Shown: positions 44,028 to 52,421 of the stretch, one piece after another
Position numbering within the stretch: position 1 is the first letter of the stretch
Layout of the letters: every line of letters starts with the position of its first letter
Assembly: GCA_031549365.1 (NCBI GenBank)
Contig: JAVBPX010000004.1
Coordinates: 21,233 to 85,232 of the forward strand
Source: Alphaproteobacteria bacterium
GTDB lineage: Bacteria > Pseudomonadota > Alphaproteobacteria > Rs-D84
Direction of reading: 5' to 3'
Length of the DNA stretch: 64,000 bases
The notes under the pieces: generated by a model
The model's database searches: none
What the model was told of the DNA's origin: nothing
The model's input: only the letters and a program-made list of their open reading frames with translations
Program-made: the position numbers and the translations under genes

Positions 44028-45362
44028 TTATCTTGTTTTTATTTCCAAAATATCGCGGGATTTTATTGCTTCGGCCGAACCCTTGGGTAATTTTTTAACC
44101 GCACTTTCTGCATAATCTCGGGCTTTTTTCTTATCCTGTTTTAATGCATAATATTCTGCCATTGCCCACGCATAACGTCCTTCGTCACGCTCTAATTGGT
44201 ATGTTACCCCTAAAACCCAATATGCCAATGGAACATTTTGATTTTGAATTAAAACTTTTTTCGCAGATTCTTTGGCCGCAGCAACATCATTCGTATTTCC
44301 ACGACCCGCCAAAGCCAAGGCCAACGCCAATTCAATCTGATAAGATGAAACAGATTTTGGTAACAATGCCAAGGATTTTTTATATGTTTTAATAGCACCA
44401 TCATAATCACCCGTTTGATATAAAATATCACCCAATAATTCATTAAAATAAGGATCATTCGGATATTTTTCAATTAATGCCTCGGTCATTTTTTTGGCCA
44501 CGCTCCATTCATTTTGTCGCATTAATAAAATCGCTCGGGCATATTGCGCCGCAACACTGTTGTCATTTTTTGGATACATATAGGAAACCATATCAGAACC
44601 CAACAAGTATCCGGCCAGTTTTGCACGAACCCTGGAATACGCCAACACAGTATTCGCAGACAACGGTTTTGAATCATATTTATTATGATCAATCCAATCG
44701 CGAACATTGCGAATACGTTCGGACGTTGTCGGATGCGACAAAATGTTTGGGTTAACACGATTTTCCATAGCCAGCTGATCGTTTCCAGTTTTTGTTAAAA
44801 CATTTAAAAAACCGGAATACGGCAATCCTGCCTTTTTCAATAATTCCAGCCCCGCATTATCTGCCAATCTTTCTTCGTTTCTGGAAAAAGATAATATATT
44901 TTGTTGCGTAACACCCATACTGCCTGCAATCATACCAACGCCCGCCTGGGACGACTGACCACCAGCAATCATCATCGCAACACCCAATGTTTGCATAATT
45001 AATGCCCCAGCCATTTCACGTTGCATACGCGTCATCATTAATGAATAATGACCACCCAACATATGTCCCATTTCATGGGCAACAACGCCCTGAAATTCAT
45101 TTGGATCCTTTAAATCAATAACCAACCCTGTATAAACATAAACGTCTTCGCCCGATGCAACAAAAGCATTAAATTGATCCGACGACAAAACGTGCAAACG
45201 AATTCGTCCGTCGGCCAATTTACCAGCACGCGCCAACGGATCAATCAGAGATGATAATACAGATTCAACCTCGGTATCAGAAATTGCTGAAACCCCTGCA
45301 TACACAGGGGTCCCAATCAAACACATGATTATCGCAATTATGATCCGATAATTTTTTCCCAC
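44028..45362 (-). CDS. M48 zinc metalloprotease with C-terminal TPR domain (BepA/YfgC-like)
   Basis: 444 aa with a signal peptide, HEMGHMLGGH zinc motif and TPR-like repeats in the C-terminal half. Confidence 0.82.
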   Translation of the reverse strand: MGKNYRIIIAIIMCLIGTPVYAGVSAISDTEVESVLSSLIDPLARAGKLADGRIRLHVLSSDQFNAFVASGEDVYVYTGLVIDLKDPNEFQGVVAHEMGHMLGGHYSLMMTRMQREMAGALIMQTLGVAMMIAGGQSSQAGVGMIAGSMGVTQQNILSFSRNEERLADNAGLELLKKAGLPYSGFLNVLTKTGNDQLAMENRVNPNILSHPTTSERIRNVRDWIDHNKYDSKPLSANTVLAYSRVRAKLAGYLLGSDMVSYMYPKNDNSVAAQYARAILLMRQNEWSVAKKMTEALIEKYPNDPYFNELLGDILYQTGDYDGAIKTYKKSLALLPKSVSSYQIELALALALAGRGNTNDVAAAKESAKKVLIQNQNVPLAYWVLGVTYQLERDEGRYAWAMAEYYALKQDKKKARDYAESAVKKLPKGSAEAIKSRDILEIKTR

Positions 45363-47152
45363 AGGCTTTCCTTGGGCTTGTTTTGTTTATTATTGCCATT
45401 GTGATTATTTCCCCTCTTCACAGGCTTTTCACGACGAGTCGGAGTTTCAGAAACAACCTTTTTGACCTGTTGATGCTGAGGATCGCGCTTACGAACATTT
45501 GTAACCGGCTGATGGGTTTTTAATTGTTCTTCGGCTTTTATCTCGACACCAACACGCTGAATTTGATATTGATTAATATGCATTAACGAATCATCTGCCA
45601 ATATAACAATATCAGTGTTGTATTGATCTTGTAATGATTGCAAATCTGCGCGTTTTTGATTCAATACATACATTGCAACGTCGGACGGCACAGAAACAAT
45701 CATGCGTTCGGCTGGTTTTGCCATTAATTTTTCCTGTAAATGACGCATTAAAATAACGGACGCAGTTTGAACTGATGGGACAACCCCAGTCCCCGAACAA
45801 TACGGACATGTTACATACGATGATTCAATAAAGCTGGAACGCAAACGTTGACGCGACAACATCAAAACACCAAAATTATTAATACGCCCTACCTGAATAC
45901 GGGCGCGATCACGTTTTAATACTTCGCGCATTTTTTGCTCGACCCGATTATTATTTTTTTCTTCGTCCATATCGATAAAATCCACGGCAACGATACCTGC
46001 CAAGTCACGCAAACGTAATTGGCGGGCAATTTCCTCGGCGGCTTCCAAATTGGTATTTAACGCAGTTTCTTCAATACCTTTTTCTTTGATTGCGCGGCTG
46101 GAATTAACATCAATTGTAACCATGGCTTCGGTTTGATTTAAAACAATCGAACCGCCAGATGGCAATTGAACTTCGGGTCTGTGCAACCCTTCCAATTGTT
46201 GTTCTACATCGGCATGAATAAATAACGGAGTATCCCCCATATATTCAACGATATTTTTCTTGGATATTTTGCCGTGCATTTGACGATAATAATTCATCGC
46301 AACTTCTGCCCCTGTGTGGCCTTGGATCGTTAAAACATCGTCCTTGTCCAACAAAAAATCACGAACAACACGACGTAACAACGAATCTTCGGTATGAATT
46401 GTCGCAGGCGCCACAGATTCCAACGTTGTTTTGCGAATATCGTTCCATAACGATGTTAAATAATCATAATCTTTTTTAATTTCGACCTTTTTCATACCAG
46501 CAGATGCAGTGCGCAACACAACCGTCATTCCAACTGGAATTTTTAATTCACGTAAAACTTCGCGCAATCTGTCGCGTTCTTCGCGATCGCCAATTTTTTT
46601 AGAAACTCCATAACTGTTTCGTTTTCTGGAATTTGGCATTAAAACCGCAAACCGACCGGCCAACGACAAATAAGTTGTCAAAGACGCGCCCTTTTGCCCG
46701 CGTTCTTCCTTGACGCCCTGGACCAATAAAATTTGTTTTGGTTTAATAACGTCTTGGATTTTGAATTCACGTAATTTTCTTAAAAATTCTTTGTTGTCTT
46801 CACCAGCATCTGTATCGTTGTAATCGGCAACATCGCCATCTTCGTCGTCTGTGTCTTCGGCCATATTAGCATGCGCCAATTCCATTAATTTTTTGCGAGC
46901 ATCCACTGGAATTTGGTAATAATCCGGATGAATTTCAGAAAAAGGCAAAAAGCCATTTTTCCCAGTTCCATAATCCACAAACGCAGCCTGTAATGATGGT
47001 TCAACCCTGATTACTTTGGCCAGGTAAATGTTTCCTTTGATTTGTGGTTTTGTAGTTGTTTCAACGTCAAAGTCTGAAACACGCTTGTTTTCGACCACCA
47101 CCACCCGTGTTTCTTCGGCATGGACGGCATCGACATATATTTGTTTTGCCAT
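45338..47152 (-). CDS. rne: Ribonuclease E/G family endoribonuclease (short RNase E)
   Basis: 604 aa with an S1 domain (GNIYLAKVIRVEPSLQAAFVDYG), catalytic-core blocks (IVAVDFIDM, GLLEMSRQR-like VLMLSRQRL), Zn-link CPYCSGTG and a basic C-terminal tail. Confidence 0.88.
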   Translation of the reverse strand: MAKQIYVDAVHAEETRVVVVENKRVSDFDVETTTKPQIKGNIYLAKVIRVEPSLQAAFVDYGTGKNGFLPFSEIHPDYYQIPVDARKKLMELAHANMAEDTDDEDGDVADYNDTDAGEDNKEFLRKLREFKIQDVIKPKQILLVQGVKEERGQKGASLTTYLSLAGRFAVLMPNSRKRNSYGVSKKIGDREERDRLREVLRELKIPVGMTVVLRTASAGMKKVEIKKDYDYLTSLWNDIRKTTLESVAPATIHTEDSLLRRVVRDFLLDKDDVLTIQGHTGAEVAMNYYRQMHGKISKKNIVEYMGDTPLFIHADVEQQLEGLHRPEVQLPSGGSIVLNQTEAMVTIDVNSSRAIKEKGIEETALNTNLEAAEEIARQLRLRDLAGIVAVDFIDMDEEKNNNRVEQKMREVLKRDRARIQVGRINNFGVLMLSRQRLRSSFIESSYVTCPYCSGTGVVPSVQTASVILMRHLQEKLMAKPAERMIVSVPSDVAMYVLNQKRADLQSLQDQYNTDIVILADDSLMHINQYQIQRVGVEIKAEEQLKTHQPVTNVRKRDPQHQQVKKVVSETPTRREKPVKRGNNHNGNNKQNKPKESLWEKIIGS

Positions 47153-47409
47153 TGTAAAATCCTTTTATTTCATGACATTCAATTATTTTTTCATCATAAA
47201 TTAATAAATCAGAGTCCAAATTCAAATAGCGCAGGCAAAAATTCCCACGACGTTTCCGCGCAATTATACCAACGGCGGAACAGAACAGTAAAAGAGAAAA
47301 GATAGTTATCATCCCCAAAATACTCTGTATTAAATTTACAATCAGAAAAATGTTACCACCATGGAAACCAAAATACAAGATTTTTATTATTAAATGTTTT
47401 AATAAAAAC

Positions 47410-47437
47410 TTGACAGATAATATTTTTAAACTATAAT
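47410..47437 (+). promoter_or_regulatory. Near-consensus sigma70 promoter of the orphan gene 47471
   Basis: TTGACA, 16-nt spacer, TATAAT, 33 nt upstream of the ATG. Confidence 0.6.
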
Positions 47438-47470
47438 ACCCCCAGAAAACAACAATCTCAGGGGAAAAAC

Positions 47471-48322
47471 ATGTCCAAACAACTAGAAAACTTACGCGCA
47501 AACAAAAATCCTGAACAGGCTTATGAAAACTATCGCTCGGGCTTGATTAATGATTACGTTGCTGCTATCCGAAAAAATTTAAAAACATACAATGCGGCCC
47601 AAACATTGGAATTAATTGATAAACTGAACAACAATATAGAATTGGACGAAACAGCCTGCAAAATGGCATTAAACGAATGCAACGCCAAAATATCTAAAAT
47701 AATTAATGATGAATTATCAAACATATTCCATCAAATGCTGTCCGGGCAAAAATCTGCTCGCGATATTCGTGAAAACATGCACGAATATGAAAATATTTCC
47801 GCAATTCCAGGATTACGCGAAATGGCTTGCAAATATTGCAATGAATGGGAAAGTTTCCCTTTGATTTTAATGTTGAATTATCCAAAAGTATTATTATCCC
47901 AATTAAAATACAATATTGATAAATATTCAGACCGAAACATCATAGATCTGCTTGAATATATGCATAATTGTGACCGAATCCCGGCCGATATCCACCAACC
48001 AGTAATGGACACGTTAACAGAACTAGTCAAAAACGATCCAGGATTATTCAAAATATCTAATTTAATAATCATTGAAAAAACGATGTGTCGCCCACTTTCA
48101 ATTTCATATAAAAAGCCTGGAATTGGGGCATTAAAACTTATGGAAATTGTTGTATCAAGGCAAAAATTATCAAAATCAGAACTATCCCAATTGGAATTAG
48201 CCGCCGAACTGGAAAGCAAATACAAAAATATTCTGCACCTTTATAATATCAGTAAAAAGCATTTTGATAAAAAAGCAAAAATCCAAACCAAAATTAAACA
48301 AATACTGGGCCTGGACAAATAA
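47471..48322 (+). CDS. Hypothetical cytosolic/helical protein (orphan)
   Basis: 283-aa ORF with no signal peptide or TM helix. Helix-rich, Lys/Asn/Leu-rich composition and no motif I recognise. Confidence 0.6.
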   Translation: MSKQLENLRANKNPEQAYENYRSGLINDYVAAIRKNLKTYNAAQTLELIDKLNNNIELDETACKMALNECNAKISKIINDELSNIFHQMLSGQKSARDIRENMHEYENISAIPGLREMACKYCNEWESFPLILMLNYPKVLLSQLKYNIDKYSDRNIIDLLEYMHNCDRIPADIHQPVMDTLTELVKNDPGLFKISNLIIIEKTMCRPLSISYKKPGIGALKLMEIVVSRQKLSKSELSQLELAAELESKYKNILHLYNISKKHFDKKAKIQTKIKQILGLDK

Positions 48323-48391
48323 ACACAACAAATCTTGATTAGCCCAAGCGTTGCTTGATACGGCGTGTGGGATATATATGTTTTTTAAATC

Positions 48392-48547
48392 AATCAAAAT
48401 GTAGTAGTTGGTTGTGGCTTCGCCGTTTTCTGACGCGGCAGAGCATATATGAACATATGTAACCCGCGCAAAAAGCCAGAAACGCACCACCCCGGATCCC
48501 AAAATAAATCTTATTTATTTTGAGTGGGCTTATGCTGCGTTTTCATT
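48392..48547 (+). repeat. Palindromic element, copy PE-3 (long variant)
   Basis: Ends AATCAAAATG ... CGTTTTCATT. Apex GCAGAGCATAT-ATGAAC-ATATGTAACC, in which the apical stem has covaried to CATAT/ATATG. Extra hairpin module CCCAAAATAAAT-CTT-ATTTATTTTGAGTGGG. It ends 6 nt before the stop of OMP gene 48554. Confidence 0.7.
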
Positions 48548-48553
48548 GATTTA

Positions 48554-50029
48554 TCAAAAGACGGCTTTGACGCCCAAATGTATCCCAAACGACTGCCACA
48601 CAGCCGATTTTAAAGCATCTTCAATTTTTTCAGTTTGCTCGGCAACATGAACTGTATCTGGTAAACCATCATCATCTTCGTCCAAATATTGACCATTTTC
48701 ATCAATTACAAAATAATCACCGCCGGCAACATATAATTCACCGCCAATTTTACCAATTTTGTAATAATCCATGTTTCCTTTTAATGATAATGACCAATTA
48801 TCAGATATGCGGTAACTATATTCGGCTTCGAACGCGTAACTTAAACCACCATTTGAACCTTCGTCTACAAAACTTGGATCTTGTTGCCAATCGGTACGAT
48901 TCGGCCAAATACCCTCGGACGAATAATATGGCATACCAATCTGGGCATAAAAACGCAGATGGTCAACATATGTTAATTGTTTTTCAACCTCCATCCCGAT
49001 AAAAAATCCGGACCAAGTCGTATTATATTTATGCGTTGTTCCCGGCACCATAATTTCACCATCGGCACCCAAAATCACACATTCACCAAATGGAACGCCC
49101 CAAACGCTTGGGTCCCCTGGCAATCCAGTCGGCAAACCAGCCCCTGATATTGTTCCATCACCATTAACATTTATTAATTGCAAATCTTCCGGGCCTAAAC
49201 AAACCTGATAATATCCAGCCGGAATAGAAGAACCCTGGGGCACAGTAATAAATCCATCCGAATTACCATTGCCAAAAATATATTCACCATTTGGCGACAA
49301 AGCTGGGATATATGTTGCTGGATTTGGATATCTATGATCAAACATTTCCAAATCATGCTTGAATATTTCATAACCAAAGGACGGAGAAAACTTCCAACCG
49401 CCAGCATTCCAAACATGACGCCCGCCCAATCCCAAACGAAAATAATCTGTTTTACCATCTTGGTCGCCGATACTGACAGTAAATATCCCCTCATTCGAAG
49501 CACTGCTGTAAAAAGCCTCCAAGTCATAGTCCATTGAATAACCACCAGATTCATAAAATCCGTGGCGATAATCGGCAAAAACATAAGCATCCGAACCAAA
49601 TAACGTAAAATCAGCACGCCCAGAAACGCCAATTTCATTAAAAATCATATCGTCCCATTCCAAAATGGAATTAACACCTGTTTTAAATTCAAAATCTGCA
49701 AATTTACGACCAACAGTTAAATTCAATTCAAAATCATCTGATGGCGCATCCACTCCATTCGGGGTCATTGTATACGGCTTTACATTTCCTGCCGGGTTTG
49801 GTGTCGAAACAGTATTAACACGCTGTCCCACAACAACATCAGACGACCGATTGCCCACATAAACCTGATTTGAATTTTCCGGAATCCCATAGCCAGACTG
49901 ATAATACGAAGGCGTACCCTCACGCGCGGCTGCGGCGAATGGCAACATCAAAACAGACAAAAAAGCAGCCGTTTTTTTCAAATTTCCTTCCCTTGATATC
50001 GGCATTATATCATAAACGTCGGATTTCAC
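48554..50029 (-). CDS. Large outer-membrane beta-barrel protein of unknown family
   Basis: 491 aa (or about 483 from the second Met) with signal peptide ending PFAAAA, amphipathic beta strands with aromatic girdles and a C-terminal HLGVKAVF. A vague resemblance to the omptin strand pattern is unverified. Confidence 0.65.
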   Translation of the reverse strand: MKSDVYDIMPISREGNLKKTAAFLSVLMLPFAAAAREGTPSYYQSGYGIPENSNQVYVGNRSSDVVVGQRVNTVSTPNPAGNVKPYTMTPNGVDAPSDDFELNLTVGRKFADFEFKTGVNSILEWDDMIFNEIGVSGRADFTLFGSDAYVFADYRHGFYESGGYSMDYDLEAFYSSASNEGIFTVSIGDQDGKTDYFRLGLGGRHVWNAGGWKFSPSFGYEIFKHDLEMFDHRYPNPATYIPALSPNGEYIFGNGNSDGFITVPQGSSIPAGYYQVCLGPEDLQLINVNGDGTISGAGLPTGLPGDPSVWGVPFGECVILGADGEIMVPGTTHKYNTTWSGFFIGMEVEKQLTYVDHLRFYAQIGMPYYSSEGIWPNRTDWQQDPSFVDEGSNGGLSYAFEAEYSYRISDNWSLSLKGNMDYYKIGKIGGELYVAGGDYFVIDENGQYLDEDDDGLPDTVHVAEQTEKIEDALKSAVWQSFGIHLGVKAVF

Positions 50030-50082
50030 ACAAGTACAAAAAACACTTTACATCACGTTATAAATATTCTACTATCCCGCCT

Positions 50083-51369
50083 ATGCAACATTTTAAAAAC
50101 CATTCTTCGTGGAAATCCGTATTGGCATCCCCGTTCCATAAAATTTGGCAATTGGTCAAACGCATATGGCCGGAACGCACCATCACAATTATTCAAAATG
50201 GAAACGTTGATTTTTATCAACAGTCGTCTCGCGTTCGTTTTCTCAAGGCCACGACCAAGGCCATATTGGGAATCTGGGCATTATGGTCAACATACGTATT
50301 TGTGTATCACCGTCCAATGCTGGAACAAAAAACGCGCGAACTTGATATGGAACGCACTTTTCACGCACAACAAATGGCCGACTTGGTTATTTTTCAAAAG
50401 AAATTCGTTGATCTGCACCGTCAATTAACAACATTTGACGAACAAATTTTAAAACAAAACAAGGTTGGCAACGCAACGATAGATTCAATGTTAAAACAAC
50501 GTTTGCAATGGTGGGGCGAATTGGACTATTTGCAAACCAAGATTTCAAACATTTATACCGACAATAATTATGCCCCAGATTACTTAAAGCAATCTGAATT
50601 ATCGATGGAGGTTCAATTAACCCGCGAAGAAAACCGCCAATTATCGCAACGCAATTCCGAATTAGAACAATCAATGACCACAATTCATGACGCCCAAACT
50701 CGATTGATTGACAAGGTATCAAATCTTGCAAAAAACAACATTGATAACCTGGACAAAGATTTGCGCAAAATTTCTGGGACCCTGACATCATTAGGATTAA
50801 ACCAAAACGCATTGGCAGAACGTGCACAACGCGCTGATCTGCCGTATTTGGGCGGAACATTCACCCCATTGGATTATTCAAAAATGAAAAACATCGATCC
50901 TAAATATCTGGAATTGGCAAAACAGATCAATTTGTGGGAGGGGCTATCCCGAACCAAAACTATGTTACCTGTTGGGAACCCAGTTAAAAACCCGTACATA
51001 ACATCACAATTTGGCGGACGCGATGATCCGTTTAATGGAACGCCAACAATGCACCGCGGAATTGATTTTGCTGGGGAAATTGGAACGCCATTATATGCCG
51101 TTGCCCCGGGTCGCGTAACTCAATCTGGCTGGCGCTCCGGTTACGGGAACTCTGTCGAAATTGAACACGGAATGGGCTTTACCACCCTATACGCTCACTT
51201 ACAAGAAATTCGCGTCAAAAAAGGGGACTTCATAGAACCCAAGGACGTAATCGGACTGGGCGGCAGCTCCGGACGCTCAACAGGGCCACATTTACACTAT
51301 GAAATTCGTTATAATGGGCAACCATTTAACCCATACACCTTTATCAAAGCAAAACAAATTGATTTCTAA
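50083..51369 (+). CDS. Membrane-anchored coiled-coil M23 (LytM-type) peptidoglycan endopeptidase
   Basis: 428 aa from ATG 50083, since the longer ORF overlaps the divergent OMP gene. TM helix AILGIWALWSTYVFVY, a coiled coil, and an M23 core HRGIDFAGEIGTPLYAVAPG ... VEIEHGMGFTTLYAHL ... GPHLHYEI. Confidence 0.88.
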   Translation: MQHFKNHSSWKSVLASPFHKIWQLVKRIWPERTITIIQNGNVDFYQQSSRVRFLKATTKAILGIWALWSTYVFVYHRPMLEQKTRELDMERTFHAQQMADLVIFQKKFVDLHRQLTTFDEQILKQNKVGNATIDSMLKQRLQWWGELDYLQTKISNIYTDNNYAPDYLKQSELSMEVQLTREENRQLSQRNSELEQSMTTIHDAQTRLIDKVSNLAKNNIDNLDKDLRKISGTLTSLGLNQNALAERAQRADLPYLGGTFTPLDYSKMKNIDPKYLELAKQINLWEGLSRTKTMLPVGNPVKNPYITSQFGGRDDPFNGTPTMHRGIDFAGEIGTPLYAVAPGRVTQSGWRSGYGNSVEIEHGMGFTTLYAHLQEIRVKKGDFIEPKDVIGLGGSSGRSTGPHLHYEIRYNGQPFNPYTFIKAKQIDF

Positions 51370-51383
51370 ACAGGGGCACGATT

Positions 51384-51776
51384 ATGATTTCTTTCTTTAA
51401 AAAGCCAACAGAAAAATCAACACCAACTATTTTGGGCGCTGGCACACGTATGATCGGGGAAATCCACAACCAACACATATTACAGGTTCACGGCATAGTT
51501 GATGGCAATATCGTGGCCGACACTGTAATTATTGGAAAAACTGGATTGGTTCACGGCAAAATCATTGCGAAACACTTATTTTTACACGGAACCGTTGATG
51601 GTCCTGCAACTGTCGAAGAAGCAACAATTTTCCCAGGCGCATCAATTTCTGGTGACCTGCACTATTTCAAATTGAATATCATCAATAACGAAAATTTGGA
51701 ATGTCGCTTAATTAAACGCACAACCAAAACGCCAAAAGATTTAACACAAACAAAACAACCAGCCAAAAGGAAATAA
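51384..51776 (+). CDS. Bactofilin
   Basis: 130 aa with the beta-helical repeat pattern GTRMIGEIHNQHILQVHGIVDGNIVADTVIIGKTGLVHGKIIAKHLFLHGTVDG. Confidence 0.82.
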   Translation: MISFFKKPTEKSTPTILGAGTRMIGEIHNQHILQVHGIVDGNIVADTVIIGKTGLVHGKIIAKHLFLHGTVDGPATVEEATIFPGASISGDLHYFKLNIINNENLECRLIKRTTKTPKDLTQTKQPAKRK

Positions 51777-51778
51777 AC

Positions 51779-52303
51779 ATGACACACCAATGCAAACACG
51801 ACCATTGTTGCGGAAACCATGAATGCGGCTGTAAAAATAATTCCGAATATTCTGTATCGAACAACAATATTTCAAAATTGTATATTGCATCTGACCACCG
51901 AGGCGTTGGATTAAAACACTATTTGCGTGAAATGTTGGATCAACGCGGTGTATCCCCAATAGATTTAGGAACCGACAACCCAAACGAAATGGTTGATTAT
52001 TCAGACATTGCAAACATATTGGCAAACGCAATGCTGGGCGATACAAACGCACGTGGAATTTTAATCTGCGGCACCGGTGCCGGCATGTTAATTGCAGCCA
52101 ACCGTTATCGCCACATTCGTGCATCTCGTTGCGACACCCCGGACCAGGCTCACAACGACAGATATCATGACGACATCAACGTTATTGTATTCGGAGCAGA
52201 TGACATAGACCCTGAAAACGCATTAATTTGCACCCAAGAATTTTTAACATCTGAATTTGACGCAATTGAACGCCGCATCCGCCGAATTGAAAAAATGTCC
52301 TAA
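51779..52303 (+). CDS. rpiB: Ribose-5-phosphate isomerase B with Cys/His-rich N-terminal extension
   Basis: 174 aa. The RpiB/LacAB core starts at KLYIASDHRGVGLKHYL and includes ILICGTGAGMLIAANR. It is preceded by MTHQCKHDHCCGNHECGCKNN. SD AAGGAA lies upstream of ATG 51779. Confidence 0.85.
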   Translation: MTHQCKHDHCCGNHECGCKNNSEYSVSNNNISKLYIASDHRGVGLKHYLREMLDQRGVSPIDLGTDNPNEMVDYSDIANILANAMLGDTNARGILICGTGAGMLIAANRYRHIRASRCDTPDQAHNDRYHDDINVIVFGADDIDPENALICTQEFLTSEFDAIERRIRRIEKMS

Positions 52304-52330
52304 TAGAATCAAAACCTCACTGAATTTTAA

Positions 52331-52355
52331 ACGACTCGCCGACGGGCGAGTTTTT
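52331..52355 (+). terminator. Rho-independent terminator after rpiB
   Basis: ACTCGCC-GACG-GGCGAGT followed by T5. Confidence 0.8.
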
Positions 52356-52421
52356 ATTACAAGAATTGCTTGACAAATATAAATAAACAGATAACCTTGT
52401 CCATAAACCCAGGCTTATCAA

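Noticed and set aside
47067-47501. 144-aa minus-strand ORF spanning the rne start and upstream region
   Set aside because: It overlaps rne in another frame and also overlaps the plus-strand promoter and start of gene 47471. Hydrophobic junk composition with no RBS.
49870-50082. 71-codon N-terminal extension of the M23 peptidase ORF, and similarly 62045..62179 for ctpA and 23205..23240 (TTG start) for polA
   Set aside because: The M23 and ctpA extensions overlap the neighbouring genes (OMP 48554..50029 and the envC-like gene), and the polA extension overlaps a terminator. Internal ATG codons give canonical N-termini or signal peptides.
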